DNA from: an uncultured Bacilli bacterium
GTDB taxonomy: Bacteria > Bacillota_I > Bacilli_A > RF39 > UBA660
Direction of reading: 5' to 3'
NCBI GenBank assembly: GCA_944359085.1
Contig: CALVSQ010000003.1
Location: forward strand, 1 to 54,694
Length of the DNA stretch: 54,694 nt
Under the pieces are notes generated by a model, which was given only the letters and a program-made list of their open reading frames with translations, was not told the DNA's origin and searched no databases. The position numbers and the translations under genes are program-made. Below are positions 51,496 to 54,694 of the stretch, in pieces (the stretch's first letter is position 1; the number at the start of each line of letters is the position of its first letter).

Positions 51496-51999
51496 TTGAA
51501 AAAATTTACAAGATTATCAATGTTATTAGCTTTATCTGTTGCATTAAATGTAATAGAAGCAAGTTTACCCTTGTTTAATGGATATATTCCAGGTTTAAAG
51601 TTAGGATTAGCCAATATTGTAACATTGTTTATAATTTATCAATTTAGTTTAAAAGACGCTTTTTATGTTGGTATTTTAAGAGTTTTTTTGGTAGGTATTT
51701 TAAGAACAGGATTATTTAGTACAACATTCTTTTTTAGTTTAAGTGGAGTAATATTTAGTATAATATGTATGTATTTAGCTAAAAATTTCTTAAAGCTATC
51801 TATTGTTGGTGTTAGCATAGTAGGTTCTATTGCTCATAGTATAGGACAAGTTTTGACTTCTATATTATTATTACAAATGAGTTCAATGATCTATTATTTG
51901 CCTTGGTTATTATTATTTTCAATTCCAACAGGCATTTTAGTTGGGCTAATTTGTAAACAATTGATAAAATTTTATGATGAAGTCTTGTCTTTTGAATAA
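51496..51999 (+). CDS. Gx transporter family (heptaprenyl diphosphate synthase component I-like) membrane protein
   Basis: PGLKLGLANIVTL, S.VGVSIVGSIAHSIGQ; TTG start with RBS gaggtga. Confidence 0.88.
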   Translation: MKKFTRLSMLLALSVALNVIEASLPLFNGYIPGLKLGLANIVTLFIIYQFSLKDAFYVGILRVFLVGILRTGLFSTTFFFSLSGVIFSIICMYLAKNFLKLSIVGVSIVGSIAHSIGQVLTSILLLQMSSMIYYLPWLLLFSIPTGILVGLICKQLIKFYDEVLSFE

Positions 52000-52034
52000 A
52001 AATATTTTATAATTTAATTATAGGAGGATTATAT

Positions 52035-52481
52035 ATGAAGAAACTTTTGAGTTTATTATTAGTTACAGTTATGCTTACTGGATGTGGCTCTAATTCTTTA
52101 AAAGAAGGAACATATGAAGGGAGTGCAGTTGATAACTATGGTGGTCAAGAAAATACTGCAACTGCTAAAGTTACTATCGATAAAGATGGTAAAATCACTG
52201 ATGTATACTTAGATACCACTTATATTCATAATGGTGAAGAAACTACTAAAAAAACACTAGGTAATGAATATGGTATGAAAAAAGGTAATAGTGATTATGG
52301 CCAAGCTGATTATGAATGGTTTGAACAAGTTGAAGCTTTAGAACAAGCAGTAATTGACAATCAAGGAATTGATTTCTTAAATGTTGATGAAGATGGTTAT
52401 ACTGATGCTGTAAGTAAATGTACAATTAAAGTAGATGCGCTATATAAAGCTTTAGAAGATGCTTTAAATAAAGCTAAATAG
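52035..52481 (+). CDS. FMN-binding lipoprotein (PplA/major membrane immunogen-like)
   Basis: Lipobox LTGC, GTYEG, GKITDV, EWFEQ, DAVSKCTI at the usual DAVSGAT position. Confidence 0.8.
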   Translation: MKKLLSLLLVTVMLTGCGSNSLKEGTYEGSAVDNYGGQENTATAKVTIDKDGKITDVYLDTTYIHNGEETTKKTLGNEYGMKKGNSDYGQADYEWFEQVEALEQAVIDNQGIDFLNVDEDGYTDAVSKCTIKVDALYKALEDALNKAK

Positions 52482-52506
52482 ATTTGATTTATTTCAAATC
52501 TTTTTT
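52480..52506 (+). terminator. Intrinsic terminator
   Basis: agatttga...tcaaatct plus T run. Confidence 0.65.
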
Positions 52507-52553
52507 CATTTATATTTCACATTTTTAGTGTATAATAAATTAGAGGTGAGATA

Positions 52554-53210
52554 ATGAAAGTATTAATTGTAGACGATGAAGAAAGAATTAGAATTTTAAT
52601 AAAAGAATATTGTTTAAATGAAAATTATGATGTTTTAGAAGCATCTGATGGTAAAGAAGCTTTAGATATAATAAAAAATAATAAAGTTGATATTGTAATA
52701 TTAGATATAATGATGCCTAATATGGATGGATTAACCGCTTATAATGAAATTAAAAAATATAATATTCCAACTATTATTTTATCAGCTAGAAATGAAGAAT
52801 ATGATAAATTAATAGGATTTGATTTAGGTGTAGATGATTATGTAACTAAACCATTTAGTCCTAAAGAATTAATGGCAAGAATAAAAGCTGTTACTAAAAG
52901 ATTTAATAATTTAACAGATACTTATATATATCAAGATTTAAAAGTTGATTTTAAAGGTCATGTTGTTTATATTAAAGATAATGAACTTAAATTAACGCCA
53001 AAAGAATATGATTTGTTAGTTTATTTTATAAATAATAAAAATGTAGCTTTATCAAGAGAAGAATTATTATCTAAAATATGGGGCTATGATTTTTTTGGTG
53101 ATGATCGAACTGTTGATACTCATATTAAAATGTTAAGAAATAATTTAGGCGAATATCGTGATTTGATTCAAACTATAAGAGGAATGGGTTATAAATTTGA
53201 AATTAAATAA
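52554..53210 (+). CDS. OmpR/PhoB-family response regulator
   Basis: VDDE, LDIMMP, DDYVTKPFSP, LTPKEYDLL, RTVDTHIK.LR. Confidence 0.96.
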   Translation: MKVLIVDDEERIRILIKEYCLNENYDVLEASDGKEALDIIKNNKVDIVILDIMMPNMDGLTAYNEIKKYNIPTIILSARNEEYDKLIGFDLGVDDYVTKPFSPKELMARIKAVTKRFNNLTDTYIYQDLKVDFKGHVVYIKDNELKLTPKEYDLLVYFINNKNVALSREELLSKIWGYDFFGDDRTVDTHIKMLRNNLGEYRDLIQTIRGMGYKFEIK

Positions 53211-54585
53211 TTCTTTAAAATCTCATATTTGGTTATATTTAATTATATTTACTTTGATGATAGTATTATTTTTATGGTTATTTCAAGTAATTTTTATTAA
53301 TAAATACTATGAACTTAGTAAAGCAGATCAAATAAAACGAACTACCTTAGAAATTATTAGAAATTATGATGAAGATGTCGCATATTTAGATAAAATTTCT
53401 TATGAAGATAATGTTTGTATCGAAATAGTTAAAAATAGAATGACTATTTATAGTTCAAATGAATCAAATAGAGGATGTTTAATAAGTAATTATCAATATA
53501 AAAATGATTTTTTTGATAGTGATGTAGATGAAAAAACATATAAATTAATAAACCCATTATTTGATACAAAAACTTTAATATACGCAAAAAAATACAATGA
53601 TGATGTTACAATATTTGTTAATGCATCTTTAGAACCATTAGATAATACTATTTCTATATTATCTAATCAACTAATCATTGTAACTATTATAGTTTCTCTT
53701 TTAGCTTTTGTTATTGGTTATTTTATCTCTAAAAGAATTAGCAAGCCTATTGAAAAAATGAATAAAAATGCCTTAAAATTAGCCAATGGTAATTATAATT
53801 TCAAATTTGATAATAATTCTAAAATATCAGAAATAGATGAACTTGCTGATACATTAAATTATGCTAAAAATGAATTAGAGCATACAGATGAATTAAGAAG
53901 AGATTTACTTGCTAATGTATCACATGATCTTAAAACACCACTTACTATGATAAAAGGTTATGCAGAAATGATTAGAGATTTAAATTATGATAATGAAGAA
54001 AAAAGAAATGCTAATTTAAATGTTATAATTGAAGAATCAGAACGTTTAAACGTTTTAGTTGAAGATATCTTAACTTTATCTAAAATTCAAGCTAATAAAG
54101 ATACAATAAATAAAGAAGAATTTGATCTAGTTACATTAATTAATAATATTATTAAAAGATATAGCATTTATAAAGAAACTGAAGGATATATCTTTGAAGT
54201 AAATACTCCTAAAGAAGTTATTATAAATGCTGATAAAAAGAAAATAGAACAAGTTATTTATAATTTAATTAATAATGCCATAAATTATACTGGTGAAGAT
54301 AACAGGGTAATTATAAATGTAATTAAAGACAAAAAAGTACGTGTTGAAATTAAAGATACTGGTAAAGGAATTAAAGAAGAATATTTACCTCATATTTGGG
54401 AAAAATACTATCATTCTAAGAAGAAACATAAAAGGAATGTAATTGGTACTGGTATTGGCTTGTCGATTGTTAAAACGATATTAGAAAGCCATAAATTTAA
54501 ATATGGTGTTAAAAGTAAATTAAATCAAGGAACTACATTTTATTTTGAAATAGAACAAAAGTCAAATAAATTTGACTGCATCTAA
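53197..54585 (+). CDS. HAMP-domain sensor histidine kinase
   Basis: Two TMs, ANVSHDLKTPL, NLINNAINY, DTGKGI, GTGIGLSIV. Confidence 0.96.
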   Translation: MKLNNSLKSHIWLYLIIFTLMIVLFLWLFQVIFINKYYELSKADQIKRTTLEIIRNYDEDVAYLDKISYEDNVCIEIVKNRMTIYSSNESNRGCLISNYQYKNDFFDSDVDEKTYKLINPLFDTKTLIYAKKYNDDVTIFVNASLEPLDNTISILSNQLIIVTIIVSLLAFVIGYFISKRISKPIEKMNKNALKLANGNYNFKFDNNSKISEIDELADTLNYAKNELEHTDELRRDLLANVSHDLKTPLTMIKGYAEMIRDLNYDNEEKRNANLNVIIEESERLNVLVEDILTLSKIQANKDTINKEEFDLVTLINNIIKRYSIYKETEGYIFEVNTPKEVIINADKKKIEQVIYNLINNAINYTGEDNRVIINVIKDKKVRVEIKDTGKGIKEEYLPHIWEKYYHSKKKHKRNVIGTGIGLSIVKTILESHKFKYGVKSKLNQGTTFYFEIEQKSNKFDCI

Positions 54586-54694
54586 TCTTACGATTAAATA
54601 TTTCTCCTTCTTCGGTTGCTTTTGCTTTTTCCTCCAGAGACTAATTTCCGATAGTCGCTACCGTACTTGTTTTTATTTATTTTATTTGCAGTGA
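54553..54694 (-). mobile_element. Probable right end / omegaRNA of a TnpB-encoding IS200/IS605- or IS607-type element
   Basis: Minus strand reads agtacggtagcgactatcggaaattagtctctggag...gaaggagaaa...taatcgtaagattagatgc-agtcaaatttatttgact; four stems and GC above background; layout like TnpB right-end RNAs. Confidence 0.6.

Noticed and set aside
54553-54694. tmRNA on the minus strand
   Set aside because: No T-arm or CCA acceptor end and no tag ending in LAA/AFA-like residues; fits a TnpB right-end RNA better.

Overview
Very AT-rich, gene-dense chromosomal window that uses the standard bacterial code (TGA = stop). It looks like a reduced-genome Bacilli lineage; an RF39-like gut organism is my inference from the short Smc, the stand-alone Smr protein and the retained spoIIGA-sigE. 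The backbone is housekeeping: glyA, folD, tcdA, smc, pyrG, def, ftsW-family, spoIIGA-sigE, topA, xerC, tdk, ppdK, cysS, truB, rpsO, pnp, sufCDS, an OmpR/histidine kinase pair and three tRNAs (Met, Leu, Ile2). Most notable: (1) a dispersed family of four canonical and one degenerate type IV pilin-like proteins with large swappable C-terminal domains, two of which carry tandem CLec/DUF6273-like domains with DGR-like variable-region codon signatures and share an identical 33-bp block at the pilin/adhesin junction; (2) a ~130-bp tandem-promoter/palindrome/RBS leader duplicated in front of two unrelated membrane-anchored proteins; (3) an apparent ACG start codon for spoIIGA; (4) an adjacent small alarmone synthetase and hydrolase pair; (5) a minimal ApbE flavinylation locus; (6) a possible prophage remnant after tRNA-Met; (7) probable IS ends at both window edges (IS1182-like on the left, TnpB omegaRNA-like on the right). 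No CRISPR array, rRNA or reverse transcriptase was seen. All family assignments come from motif recognition by eye, not database searches.
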